Shown here in pieces: positions 7,450 through 15,894 of a stretch of 32,000 bases of DNA (positions within the stretch are counted from its first letter, which is position 1; each line of letters opens with the position of its first letter). The DNA is from Candidatus Velamenicoccus archaeovorus (GTDB taxonomy: Bacteria > Omnitrophota > Gorgyraeia > Velamenicoccales > Velamenicoccaceae): positions 390,001 to 422,000 of the forward strand of contig NZ_CP019384.1 of NCBI RefSeq assembly GCF_004102945.1. The letters are read 5' to 3'. The position numbers and the translations under genes were made by a program. The notes under the pieces were generated by a model. The model was not told the origin of the DNA and made no database searches. It saw only the letters and a list, made by a program, of their open reading frames with translations.

Positions 7450-9015
7450 ATGAGACGACTCAAGCCAAAGCGCGAATCGTGGGGATCCCGTCTCGGGATC
7501 ATTATGGCTGTGGCCGGTTCTGCCGTCGGGCTTGGGAATTTTTTGAGGTTCCCGGTTCAGGCCGCAGGCAACGGCGGAGGCGCTTTTATGATCCCGTATT
7601 TCGTGGCGCTTCTCGTTCTTGGGATCCCTCTGGTCTGGATCGAATGGGCGCTGGGCCGTTATGGCGGAGGTTTTGAACACGGGACGGCCCCGGGTATCTT
7701 CCACAGCCTCCTTCAGAAGAACCGGTTCGTCAAATATTTCGGCGTGATCGGTATCTTCGGGCCGTTTGTCATTTTTATCTATTACACATTCATCGAATCC
7801 TGGACCTTGGGGTATAGTTTTTACAGCCTCAAAGGCGTCCTGGCCCAGCTCCATGACCAGTCATCGATCCAGGCCTTCCTGAAGGGGTACCAGGGGCTGG
7901 AGCAGAATTCTTTCTTTTCCAATATCGGCCCGGCGTATCTTTTTTTCATCGCGACGTTCTTTTTAAATATTTTTGTGATTTATTACGGCATACGCGGCGG
8001 CATTGAAGTCTTGTGCAAGATCGCGCTGCCTGTTTTGTTCCTTTTCGGGATCATCCTGGCTGTCCGGGTCCTGACGCTGGGCGCACCTGATCCGGCAAGG
8101 CCGGACTGGAATCTGGTCAACGGTCTTGGGTTTTTATGGAATCCGGACTTCAGCGCACTCAAGTCGGCCAAGGTCTGGCTGGCGGCGGCAGGCCAGATCT
8201 TTTTTACGCTCAGCGTCGGTATCGGCGTGATCCTGACGTATGCCAGCTACCTGTCGCGTGGAGACGACGTCGCGCTTTCCGGCTTGACCGCCGTTAGCAT
8301 GAATGAGTTCGCAGAGGTCATCCTGGGCGGATGCATCATCATCCCGGCCGCTTTCGTCTTTTTCGGGCCCGTGGATGTCCAGGCGATCGCCAAGCAGGGG
8401 GCATTCGATTTGGGGTTTGTGACCATGCCGTTGATCCTGGGTAAGATCCCCTTGGCCGCGGTTTTAAGTTTTTTATGGTTTGCGCTCCTTTTTATGGCCG
8501 GGGTGACGTCGAGCGTTTCTCTGGCGCAGCCAGCGGTCGCTTTTCTGGAAGATGAATTCGACATCTCCCGTAAAAAAGCTGTCGGGATTTTTGCGGTCGT
8601 CAGCTTTGTCCTTTGTCAGCCGGCGATCTTTTTTTTGAGCCGCGGCGTCGTCAACGAGCTGGATTTCTGGGGTGGCACATTCTGTCTCGTCCTTTTTGGA
8701 ACGGTCGAGACCATTCTTTTCGCCTGGGTCTTCGGTATGGACAGGGCGTGGGAAGAGATCCATCACGGCGCGGACATTGCCGTGCCCCGTGTCTATAAGT
8801 TCATCATCAGATACGTGACGCCTGTTTTTCTTCTGGTTATCCTGGGTTTCTGGTTTTACCAGGAGGGTTTGCCGACGATCTTGCTCAGGGGCGTGGCGGA
8901 AGCAGACAAGCCTTTTATCTTTTGGACACGCCTGGGTTTGGTGGGGTTTTTTGTGATTTTGTCCATCCTGGTCAAGCTTGCCTGGCGCCGCCGGCAGAAT
9001 AACTTGGAGGTTTAA
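7450..9015 (+). CDS. Sodium-dependent transporter, neurotransmitter:sodium symporter (NSS/SNF) family
   Basis: The N-terminal RESWGSRLGIIMAVAGSAVGLGNFLRFP signature and the multi-TM profile are diagnostic of NSS transporters. Confidence 0.9.
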   Translation: MRRLKPKRESWGSRLGIIMAVAGSAVGLGNFLRFPVQAAGNGGGAFMIPYFVALLVLGIPLVWIEWALGRYGGGFEHGTAPGIFHSLLQKNRFVKYFGVIGIFGPFVIFIYYTFIESWTLGYSFYSLKGVLAQLHDQSSIQAFLKGYQGLEQNSFFSNIGPAYLFFIATFFLNIFVIYYGIRGGIEVLCKIALPVLFLFGIILAVRVLTLGAPDPARPDWNLVNGLGFLWNPDFSALKSAKVWLAAAGQIFFTLSVGIGVILTYASYLSRGDDVALSGLTAVSMNEFAEVILGGCIIIPAAFVFFGPVDVQAIAKQGAFDLGFVTMPLILGKIPLAAVLSFLWFALLFMAGVTSSVSLAQPAVAFLEDEFDISRKKAVGIFAVVSFVLCQPAIFFLSRGVVNELDFWGGTFCLVLFGTVETILFAWVFGMDRAWEEIHHGADIAVPRVYKFIIRYVTPVFLLVILGFWFYQEGLPTILLRGVAEADKPFIFWTRLGLVGFFVILSILVKLAWRRRQNNLEV

Positions 9016-9020
9016 GCGGG

Positions 9021-9125
9021 ATGACTCTCTCCGGCTGGATCCTTTTGGCGTTGTCATGGCTGGGAATCGTTTCATTGGCCATATTTTGTTTTTATAAGAT
9101 TTTTTCAAAGAGAGAGGTCAAGTAG
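9021..9125 (+). CDS. 34-aa single-TM micro-protein coupled to the NSS transporter (MetS-like small subunit)
   Basis: The ATG lies 5 nt after the transporter stop, with GGAGG at 9006-9010. The translation is MTLSGWILLALSWLGIVSLAIFCFYKIFSKREVK*. Small hydrophobic partners commonly follow NSS genes. Confidence 0.45.
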   Translation: MTLSGWILLALSWLGIVSLAIFCFYKIFSKREVK

Positions 9126-9171
9126 TTATGGGTTGGTTGAGGTTTCGTTCCGACGGACAAGTTATGCCGTC

Positions 9172-9570
9172 ATGAAAGGTCAAATGAAGAAAAAAACTTT
9201 ATTGTCGTTTTTAATCTTGGGCGTGTTGACGGTTTTTTTAAACGGATGCGTTTGGTTGATTGTCGGCGGCGTCGGCGCCGTCGGAGGCTACACCGTGACG
9301 CGCGATACCATTCAGGGAGAATATGATGTCAAGTTCGACGACGCCTGGCGGGCCGCCCAGTCCGTCTGCAGCATCCTCGGCACTGTCGGCAACCGCGATT
9401 CCTCCGCCGGCACTGTCGAAGCCACGATCGACCGCGCCAAGGTGAGGGTGCAAATCTTCCAGATCACGCCGGAATCCATCCGTTTGAAGGTCAAGGCCAG
9501 GCGCGGCATTTTCCCGCGGCTGGGCATGGCACAAAATGTCTTCGTCAAGATCGTCCAGCAGTTGATGTGA
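9172..9570 (+). CDS. DUF3568-like lipoprotein
   Basis: The signal and lipobox are MKGQMKKKTLLSFLILGVLTVFLNGC, followed by the Gly-rich GGVGAVGGYTV and a small beta-rich domain. The start was moved to ATG 9172. Confidence 0.55.
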   Translation: MKGQMKKKTLLSFLILGVLTVFLNGCVWLIVGGVGAVGGYTVTRDTIQGEYDVKFDDAWRAAQSVCSILGTVGNRDSSAGTVEATIDRAKVRVQIFQITPESIRLKVKARRGIFPRLGMAQNVFVKIVQQLM

Positions 9571-9582
9571 TGCCCTCTTGGG

Positions 9583-9663
9583 CAGAGCAATTGAGCAATA
9601 GAAAATAGAACAAGAGAGTCTATGCCCAATTGCGGTCTAATGTTCTATTGCTCTATTGTTCAA
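9583..9663 (+). repeat. About 81-bp imperfectly palindromic repeat element, copy A
   Basis: CAGAGCAATTGAGCAATAGAAAATAGAAC...CAATTGCGGTCTA...GTTCTATTGCTCTATTGTTCAA. The two halves are self-complementary (about 19 of 23 positions). The reverse complement of 12588-12668 shares both termini and the CAATTGCGGTCTA core. Confidence 0.8.
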
Positions 9664-9673
9664 AAGGTAACCG

Positions 9674-10018
9674 ATGGCATTTTTATTTGAGAGTCTCGAA
9701 GTTTATCAAAAGGCAATCGCTTTTGCTGATGAAATTAGCGGTTTAACGGAAGGCTTCTCAAAAGGCAGTTATTATCTTACGGACCAGCTGAATCGAGCGG
9801 CGTTATCGATTTCGACCAACATCGCAGAAGGAAATGGCAGGTATGGCAAGCCAGATAGGAAGAATTTCTTTAGAATTTCTCGTGGATCAGCATTTGAGTG
9901 TATTCCGATCTTAGAGTTGTGCAAGAGGAAGAAATTGATAGGAGAAGAAAAACATAAAGCTCCGAAAGAGAACCTTGATGAAATGCGTAAGATGCTGTCA
10001 GGGCTTATGAATTATTAA
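9674..10018 (+). CDS. Four-helix-bundle protein (23S rRNA intervening-sequence protein family, TIGR02436-like)
   Basis: This 114-aa ORF has the pattern FESLEVYQKA...QLNRAALSISTNIAEGNGRY...FFRISRGSAFEC, typical of the family. Confidence 0.85.
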   Translation: MAFLFESLEVYQKAIAFADEISGLTEGFSKGSYYLTDQLNRAALSISTNIAEGNGRYGKPDRKNFFRISRGSAFECIPILELCKRKKLIGEEKHKAPKENLDEMRKMLSGLMNY

Positions 10019-10072
10019 GGCAAGCTGATGCTCGGGCGAGCAAAAACTAAGGTATAAAACGGATAGTCTCCT

Positions 10073-10876
10073 ATGAAAAAGCACATCTTTGCCTCGAGGA
10101 CGCATTATGCCATTGCGTCGCTTTTTGTCGCGGCGGCGTTCTCTCTTGTTTTCGGATGTTTGTCGCGCAGCTCCAACGAGGTCCGCGTCGTGCGGGTCGT
10201 CGACGGCGATACGGTCGACGCGGATTCGGGCATCACCATCCGCTATATCGGCATTGATACTCCTGAGACGCGGCGGCGCACATCCGCCGGCTGGATTCCG
10301 ACGGGAGATCTATACGGAGAAGAGGCCAAGAAGGCGAACGAAGCGCTCGTCATGGGCCAAAAGGTCCGTCTGGAGTATGACGTCCAGAAGAAGGATAAAT
10401 ATGGCCGGACCCTGGCGTATGTTTTTGTTCGCGAGAACAACAAAGAGGTCATGGTAGAGACGGAACTCTTGCGCCGCGGCCTGGCTTTTCTCTATACTTT
10501 GCCGCCGAATGTCCGCTATGTGGATGTTTTTCTGGCGGCGCAGAAGGAGGCCCGCCGCAACAAGGCGGGCATGTGGGCGCATGAGTTTCATGTCCCGAGT
10601 GCGCAGGCTTGCGATTTTCTCGGCCAGAGGAAGTTTGTGACAGGGAAGGTCGCAGACACACGAAGGACCGACAAGATGGTCTTTCTTGAGATGGAAGGTC
10701 TCCGCGTCATTATTTTTGCCAAAGACTTCGGCTTTTTTGAGAAGGAGGGCATTCATCCGGCGCAGGATTATGCCGGCAAGAAGGTCAGTGTCTTCGGCCT
10801 CATCAAATCATATCGGGGGTCTCCGGAGATCATCGTGAGCCACCCATGGCAGATTGAGATTGTAGATCGCCCCTGA
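10073..10876 (+). CDS. Thermonuclease (staphylococcal nuclease, SNase-like) with a C-terminal OB-fold-like extension
   Basis: An N-terminal signal or anchor is followed by VVRVVDGDTV...IRYIGIDTPE, KYGRTLAYVF and LLRRGLA...EARRNKAGMW, which match the SNase catalytic core. About 90 additional C-terminal residues follow. Confidence 0.8.
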   Translation: MKKHIFASRTHYAIASLFVAAAFSLVFGCLSRSSNEVRVVRVVDGDTVDADSGITIRYIGIDTPETRRRTSAGWIPTGDLYGEEAKKANEALVMGQKVRLEYDVQKKDKYGRTLAYVFVRENNKEVMVETELLRRGLAFLYTLPPNVRYVDVFLAAQKEARRNKAGMWAHEFHVPSAQACDFLGQRKFVTGKVADTRRTDKMVFLEMEGLRVIIFAKDFGFFEKEGIHPAQDYAGKKVSVFGLIKSYRGSPEIIVSHPWQIEIVDRP

Positions 10877-11096
10877 CCCCGCCTGTGTTATCCGCCTTCG
10901 CGCAAAAAACCGCAGGTATAAACTCGTGATTGCGACTGGCAGGAGTCGGCGAGGTCAGGAAATGCGAGCCATCAGCGCTACGGCGAGATGTCGCCATATA
11001 CGGTGAAGGTGGACCTCGCCGACGCGAAGCGGCGGCGGGTTTTCAAAGAACCGCAGCTCGTCCGCTGAAAGGGGGAGGGAGCTCCATAATAACGTC

Positions 11097-12065
11097 ATGA
11101 TTTTCCATTCATTTTTCACGACGTGCCAGGCGATCCTGGAATTGGTGATCCTCGGCGCTGTCGGTTTTTTTCTGATCCGCGGAAAGATCGTCAGCGAAGA
11201 AGGCCTGAACACCTTGAGCGAACTGGTGATCGGCCTGTTTTTGCCGCTTTTGATGTTCAGTGAGATCGCCGCGCGTTTTAGCTTCAGGCAGTTTTCGGAC
11301 TGGTGGGTCTTCCCGCTTTTGAGCGTTCTGATGACGGCTGTCGGCTACCTTTTGGGTCTGCTCTTGGTGGGTCTGGACCGTTCTCTCATTCAGCAGGAAG
11401 GGCCTTTTTTGGGTATCGCGATGTTCCAGAACTCGGGATATCTTCCTTTGCCGTTGGTTGCCAGCCTGCTTGCGCCCGGCGCCGTATCGGACATGTTCAT
11501 TTACATATTTCTTTTCCTTTTGGGTTTTAACATGACGATCTTTTCGTTCGGCGTCTTTGTCTTGTCCTGCAAAGGCAGGGCCTGCAGTTTTGATTACAAG
11601 GACATGTTCAATGCGCCCGTGATCGCGACGCTGTTGGCGCTGGCCGCCGTCTTTTTTGGGTGGACGCGCTTCATCCCGCCTTTCGTCTCCAAACCCGTCG
11701 AGATGATGGGGCGCTGCGCGATCCCTTTGTCGATCATCGTCGTGGGCGGCAATCTGGCCTTGATCCGCATCCGTTCCTTGAAACACGTCCGGCCCCTGGT
11801 CCTGAGCTTGATCGTTAAGCTCCTTTTTGTGCCCCTGGTGTTTCTTGTTTTTGTGCTGCTGGTCAAACCAAAACCCCTCGTCGGTTTGCTGTTGATGCTG
11901 CAGGCCTGCATGCCTCCGGCAGCGCTCTTGTCCGTCATCGCCAAGAATCAAAAACTGGAGGAGGGTTTGATCAACCAGGCTATTTTTTACGGCCATGTGG
12001 CAAGCATTTTTACAATCCCGCTGTTCTTGGGGCTTTACGGTGTTTTTTCAGGTTTTTTCAATTAG
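11097..12065 (+). CDS. AEC (auxin efflux carrier) family permease
   Basis: This 322-aa polytopic protein has an N-terminus (ILELVILGAVGFFLIRGKIVSEEGLNTLSELV) and overall TM layout typical of AEC transporters. Confidence 0.75.
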   Translation: MIFHSFFTTCQAILELVILGAVGFFLIRGKIVSEEGLNTLSELVIGLFLPLLMFSEIAARFSFRQFSDWWVFPLLSVLMTAVGYLLGLLLVGLDRSLIQQEGPFLGIAMFQNSGYLPLPLVASLLAPGAVSDMFIYIFLFLLGFNMTIFSFGVFVLSCKGRACSFDYKDMFNAPVIATLLALAAVFFGWTRFIPPFVSKPVEMMGRCAIPLSIIVVGGNLALIRIRSLKHVRPLVLSLIVKLLFVPLVFLVFVLLVKPKPLVGLLLMLQACMPPAALLSVIAKNQKLEEGLINQAIFYGHVASIFTIPLFLGLYGVFSGFFN

Positions 12066-12109
12066 GCGATCCTGCCCTGGAAATTCTTCATCTTGGATGG
12101 TAAAATAAT

Positions 12110-12562
12110 ATGGAAGAAAGGGTTATCGCAACGAACAGGAAGCTCTACCGGGACTTTGAGGTCTTGGAGACCTTTGAGTGCGGTATCGAGCTTAAGGGCA
12201 GCGAAGTTAAGTCGTTGCGTGAAGCCAAGGCCAACATCGATGATGCCTTCGGCCGGATAGAGACGGGTGAGGTCTATCTTTACAACTGCCACATCACTCC
12301 GTATGAAAAGGCCAGTTATTTCAAGGAAGAGGCGACCCGGCCGCGCAGGCTCCTGTTGCATAAAAACCAGATCCGTAGATTGACGGGCCAGGTATCGCAG
12401 CGCGGTTTTACCCTGGCTCCTTTGAAGCTCTATTTCAACACCAGGGGCCTCGTCAAAGTGGCGATGTCTCTGGTCCGCGGCAAAAAACTTTACGACCGCA
12501 GGGAAGATATCAAGCGCCGCGAGATGGAACGCGACATGCGGCGGGCGGCCAGAAGGAAATAG
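12110..12562 (+). CDS. smpB: SsrA-binding protein
   Basis: This 150-aa ORF has IATNRKLYRDFEVLETFECGIELKGSEVKSLR...LLLHKNQI and a basic C-terminal tail. It lies immediately upstream of tmRNA. Confidence 0.92.
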   Translation: MEERVIATNRKLYRDFEVLETFECGIELKGSEVKSLREAKANIDDAFGRIETGEVYLYNCHITPYEKASYFKEEATRPRRLLLHKNQIRRLTGQVSQRGFTLAPLKLYFNTRGLVKVAMSLVRGKKLYDRREDIKRREMERDMRRAARRK

Positions 12563-12587
12563 TTGTTCTTTGATATAGAGTAAGAGC

Positions 12588-12668
12588 TTGAACAATAGAA
12601 AATCGAGAATAGACCGCAATTGAGCCTTTGTTTGTCTATTTTCTAATTTCGATTGCTCAATTGCTCTG
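12588..12668 (-). repeat. About 81-bp palindromic repeat element, copy B (inverted relative to copy A)
   Basis: The reverse complement reads CAGAGCAATTGAGCAATCGAAATTAGAAAATAGAC...CAATTGCGGTCTATTC...TTTTCTATTGTTCAA. It aligns end to end with 9583-9663 and sits between smpB and ssrA. Confidence 0.8.
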
Positions 12669-12696
12669 TAAATTTTTGTAGAGCAAAAATTTACCT

Positions 12697-13133
12697 GGGG
12701 CTGATTGGGCTCGATTCAGGTATGTCGGGTGATGAGCAGCATGCAGAGGTTGTAAGGAGGCCTCTTTAAACACCTTACACAATACAAACGCTGAAACTGA
12801 TCCAACAGTGCTAGCAGCGCTTAATATCGTTAACCCGATATTCAATGCGCCGTTAGTAGGCGTAAGATAAGCCTTAGTCCACTCGCTGGACTAAGCCATG
12901 ACCGGGGCAATTCTGCGTGTTTCGGTGATGACGGGCTTTAGGGCCGCAAGGCCTTAAAGCAGGCAGAATAGTCCTTACCCTGCCGGCGGGATAAGGGCGA
13001 AATTTAAGCCGGCTGGTCCTGTGAGATCCTGTCTGCCGGAGACCGCAGGGCGAGAATAAATGGCAGGCTAAGCATGTAGCGGCTTTCGCTTCTCTATCTG
13101 AGGACCCGGGTTCGATTCCCGGCAGCTCCACCA
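12697..13133 (+). ncRNA. ssrA: Transfer-messenger RNA (tmRNA)
   Basis: The 5' GGGGCTGATTGGGCTCGA pairs with the 3' CAGCTCCACCA, giving an acceptor stem with a G:U at position 3. The T-arm is GGGTTCGATTCCC. The GGCTAAGCATGTAG block and a PK1-like GAGGTTGTAAGGAGGCCTC...CCTTACA precede a GCT resume codon at 12790. The gene is adjacent to smpB. Confidence 0.9.
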
Positions 13134-13235
13134 ATTTTTTCCTTAACGGAAAAAATTGGTGGCGCAGAAACAGGCGTTGCGAAGCGATAAGCGGAGCAGC
13201 CTGTTTCTGCCTCCACCACCTCGATGTATTTTCTG

Positions 13236-13267
13236 AAACCAAAGCTTTTAACGCTTTGGTTTTTTTA
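13236..13267 (+). terminator. Rho-independent terminator
   Basis: AAACCAAAGC-TTTTAAC-GCTTTGGTTT is followed by a T-run. It lies about 100 nt after the mature tmRNA 3' end. Confidence 0.6.
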
Positions 13268-13311
13268 TTGCCCGATTTAGGATATAATAAGCGAAAGACG
13301 TAAAAGAGAGG

Positions 13312-13644
13312 ATGGAGGCGGCTGTGAAAAAATGCCCTTTTTGTGCCGAAGAGATCCAGGATGAGGCGATCAAGTGCAAGCACTGCGGCAGTATGCTGGA
13401 ATCCAGCAGCAGGCTGGTATCTGCAGCGCCTAAGACGCCGTGGTACTTTAAGACATCGGCCCTGGTGATCGCCTTCCTCTGCGTCGGGCCTCTGGCCTTG
13501 CCGCTCTTGTGGTTCAATCCGCGCTTCACCATGAAGAGCAAGATCGTCTGGAGCGTCGTCGTTATCGTGGCGACGTATTATCTCGTCGTCGCCCTTGCGG
13601 ACGCCTTAAAGACCATCGGCCAGTATTATCAGGAGTTGCTCTAG
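13312..13644 (+). CDS. Zinc-ribbon domain membrane protein
   Basis: CPFCAEEI...CKHCGS forms a CxxC...CxxC zinc ribbon, followed by two predicted TM helices. Confidence 0.6.
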   Translation: MEAAVKKCPFCAEEIQDEAIKCKHCGSMLESSSRLVSAAPKTPWYFKTSALVIAFLCVGPLALPLLWFNPRFTMKSKIVWSVVVIVATYYLVVALADALKTIGQYYQELL

Positions 13645-13649
13645 AGCAT

Positions 13650-14756
13650 ATGGACCTTTCCCTTTATATCCATATCCCTTTCTGTAAGTCCAAATGTTTT
13701 TATTGCTCTTTTGCTTCGTATCCGGGCCAGGAAGATATGATCGACGCCTACCTGGATATGCTGGAGCAGGAGGCGGCAAGCTATGACAGGCCTCCATGCT
13801 CGACCGTCTACATCGGCGGCGGGACTCCGACGTATTTATCCGCGATGCAGCTTGAGAGGGTACTGGGGATCGTCCGGGACTATTTTTCGAGGGATGAGGG
13901 TTCTGAGTTCACCGTCGAGGCGAATCCGGCGACCTTCGACCGCGCCAAGGCAAAACTTCTCTTGCATTCGGGGGTCAACCGTGTGAGTCTCGGCGTTCAG
14001 TCCCTACATGACGATACCCTGCGATGGCTGGGGCGTCCGCATACGGCGGCAGAGGCGCTTGAAAGCTATCAGCTGTTGCGCGACGCGGGTTTTAAGAACA
14101 TCAACCTTGATTTTATCTACGCGCTTCCCCATGAGACACAGGATCAAGTCAAGGCCGACCTTGAAGCGATCGAGGCCCTGGGCAGCGAACATATTTCCCT
14201 CTATGCCTTGTCTATCGAGGAAGGGACTGATCTGTCGCATCGCCAGATCCAGCCGCTTGAGCCTGATCGGCAGGCTGACGATTACCGCATGGTCGTGTTA
14301 TTTTTGAAGGCGTGCGGATATGCCCAGTACGAAGTGAGCAATTTTGCCAGAGCGGGATATCTCTGCGAGCATAACATGCACTATTGGCGCGGCGGGGATT
14401 ATATCGGGCTGGGGGCGTCTGCCCACTCTCATATCCTGGGCCACCGTTTCTGGAATGCCGCAGCAGTCTCAGAATACGTTTCCCTTATGAAAACGAAGGG
14501 CCTTGCGCGCGCGGGAGAGGAACGCTTGACGCCTCAACAGCGTTTGTGTGAGACTTTCCTTATCGGTTTGAGGATGTGCGAAGGCGTCTGGCTTGAAGGC
14601 CTGGAACAGAAATTCGGCGTGATGCTGGAGGAGCGCCAGAAGGCCCTCGTCCGGCAGTTCATCGAGGAGGGGCTCTTGGAAGAATACGCAGGCGTGGTGC
14701 GCACCACACTTCAGGGAATGCTGGTTTTAGATGAGATGTGTGCGCAGTTGTGCTAG
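13650..14756 (+). CDS. hemW: Radical SAM heme chaperone HemW (oxygen-independent coproporphyrinogen-III oxidase-like)
   Basis: MDLSLYIHIPFCKSKCFYCSF carries the CxxxCxxC cluster motif, followed by VYIGGGTPT and a HemN_C-like tail. The start was set at ATG 13650; the ORF-track extension overlaps the upstream gene. Confidence 0.85.
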   Translation: MDLSLYIHIPFCKSKCFYCSFASYPGQEDMIDAYLDMLEQEAASYDRPPCSTVYIGGGTPTYLSAMQLERVLGIVRDYFSRDEGSEFTVEANPATFDRAKAKLLLHSGVNRVSLGVQSLHDDTLRWLGRPHTAAEALESYQLLRDAGFKNINLDFIYALPHETQDQVKADLEAIEALGSEHISLYALSIEEGTDLSHRQIQPLEPDRQADDYRMVVLFLKACGYAQYEVSNFARAGYLCEHNMHYWRGGDYIGLGASAHSHILGHRFWNAAAVSEYVSLMKTKGLARAGEERLTPQQRLCETFLIGLRMCEGVWLEGLEQKFGVMLEERQKALVRQFIEEGLLEEYAGVVRTTLQGMLVLDEMCAQLC

Positions 14757-14790
14757 TTTTTTTGCCGCGAGCGGGTATGTCCAAAAAGGT

Positions 14791-14820
14791 TTAGAATTTT
14801 TTCTGTCCTGCGGATATAAT
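14791..14820 (+). promoter_or_regulatory. Sigma70-like promoter candidate upstream of the lipoprotein / response-regulator pair
   Basis: TTAGAA (14791-14796), an 18-nt spacer, then a perfect TATAAT (14815-14820), about 40 nt upstream of ATG 14861. Confidence 0.4.
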
Positions 14821-14860
14821 AAATGAGTCGATAGAGCACAGAGAACAGATGGGGTGAGGC

Positions 14861-15346
14861 ATGAAGAAAAAGAGGCAAGCGATAAGTGAGATCATTTCAT
14901 TATTGAGACCCAGGAGGGTTGGTTTTTTTGTTTTTCTGTTTTCCGCGCTCTGTTTGGTGTTCTCTATGGCAAGCGGCTGTGCCAAGTGCATGCTCATGCG
15001 TTCGGAATATTATGACATGACGGGCCAGGTTTTTGCGCCAAAGGCCGCCGATGCCGAAATCCCCATCTACGAGGCCGGTCAGCAAATCGATCGTCCTTAC
15101 ACGGAGATCGGTGTCGTAAAGGTCGTTGCCCAGCCGAAGACCGGCCGCCAGGAGATCGATGAGGAATTAAGGAAGCGGGCGCGGCTGGCCGGGGCGGATG
15201 CTCTGATCGATATGAATTTTCAGGAGGACAAGGAAAACAAGGCCTGGTTTTGCGGCCGTTTGATGTCGACGCGGCATAATGCCGCCGCCGCCGCCAGGGC
15301 CGTCATATTCACGGATGCGGACAGCCATGGCCCAACAACCCCCTAA
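14861..15346 (+). CDS. Hypothetical lipoprotein
   Basis: A basic N-terminus, a hydrophobic core and the lipobox-like MASGC. No confident family assignment was made. Confidence 0.5.
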   Translation: MKKKRQAISEIISLLRPRRVGFFVFLFSALCLVFSMASGCAKCMLMRSEYYDMTGQVFAPKAADAEIPIYEAGQQIDRPYTEIGVVKVVAQPKTGRQEIDEELRKRARLAGADALIDMNFQEDKENKAWFCGRLMSTRHNAAAAARAVIFTDADSHGPTTP

Positions 15347-15749
15347 GTATATTTTGCTCGTCGATGACGAGAAAGATTTTATCGAGCCCATTTCTTTCTG
15401 GCTGCATTCCAAGGGGTATGATGTGGCTATGGCGCTGGACGGCCGTCAGGCCCTGGAGGCCATAGCTGCACGCCGGCCAGATATCGTTTTTATGGATATC
15501 AATATGCCGGGCCAGACCGGCCTGGAGACTTTGAGGGCTATCCGTCAGACCGATCAGGACCTGCCGGTCATTCTTCTGACATCGGCCTACGGGGACGAAG
15601 GCAAGATCGTTGCGGCCCGATCTCTCGGTGTTTCCGGGTTCTTCGCCAAAAACTATACGTTTGAACAGTTGATGCAGGTCTTGCAGGTAACGCTCAATGC
15701 CCATCGCGGGCTTTCTTCGGGATCCTTGCCGGCGGATGAAAAGCCGTGA
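15327..15749 (+). CDS. Single-domain response regulator (CheY-like receiver)
   Basis: ILLVDDE, FMDINMPG (phospho-acceptor Asp), LLTS and FFAK motifs are present and there is no output domain. The start at ATG 15327 overlaps the upstream gene by 20 nt. Confidence 0.85.
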   Translation: MAQQPPKYILLVDDEKDFIEPISFWLHSKGYDVAMALDGRQALEAIAARRPDIVFMDINMPGQTGLETLRAIRQTDQDLPVILLTSAYGDEGKIVAARSLGVSGFFAKNYTFEQLMQVLQVTLNAHRGLSSGSLPADEKP

Positions 15750-15894
15750 AACTCCGCCGACGCGCCTGCTTTGCAGACAGTCAGTGCTTTTTCTTCGTGT
15801 GATATAAAACGAAACGCGGCACCGAATGCTTCGGAGGTTTTGGCTTCCCATCGCCGCATAGCGGCCGGGATTCGCGGGGACGAGGAGGCGGGGG

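Noticed and set aside
9674-10018. Four-helix-bundle (Avd-like) gene as a marker of a diversity-generating retroelement
   Set aside because: No reverse transcriptase ORF and no template/variable repeat pair with A-specific mismatches were found anywhere in the window.
11109-11996. 295-aa minus-strand ORF
   Set aside because: It is antisense to the AEC permease. The translation is dominated by Q/R/D/H/K runs typical of the reverse complement of a hydrophobic membrane gene.
13211-13218. CTCCACCA duplicate downstream of ssrA as an att site of an integrated island
   Set aside because: Only 8 nt are duplicated, and no integrase or island content lies between or beyond the copies. It is kept only as a low-interest note.
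12874-13383. 169-aa minus-strand ORF across ssrA
   Set aside because: It overlaps the tmRNA gene and its terminator. tmRNA identity is strongly supported by conserved structural blocks.
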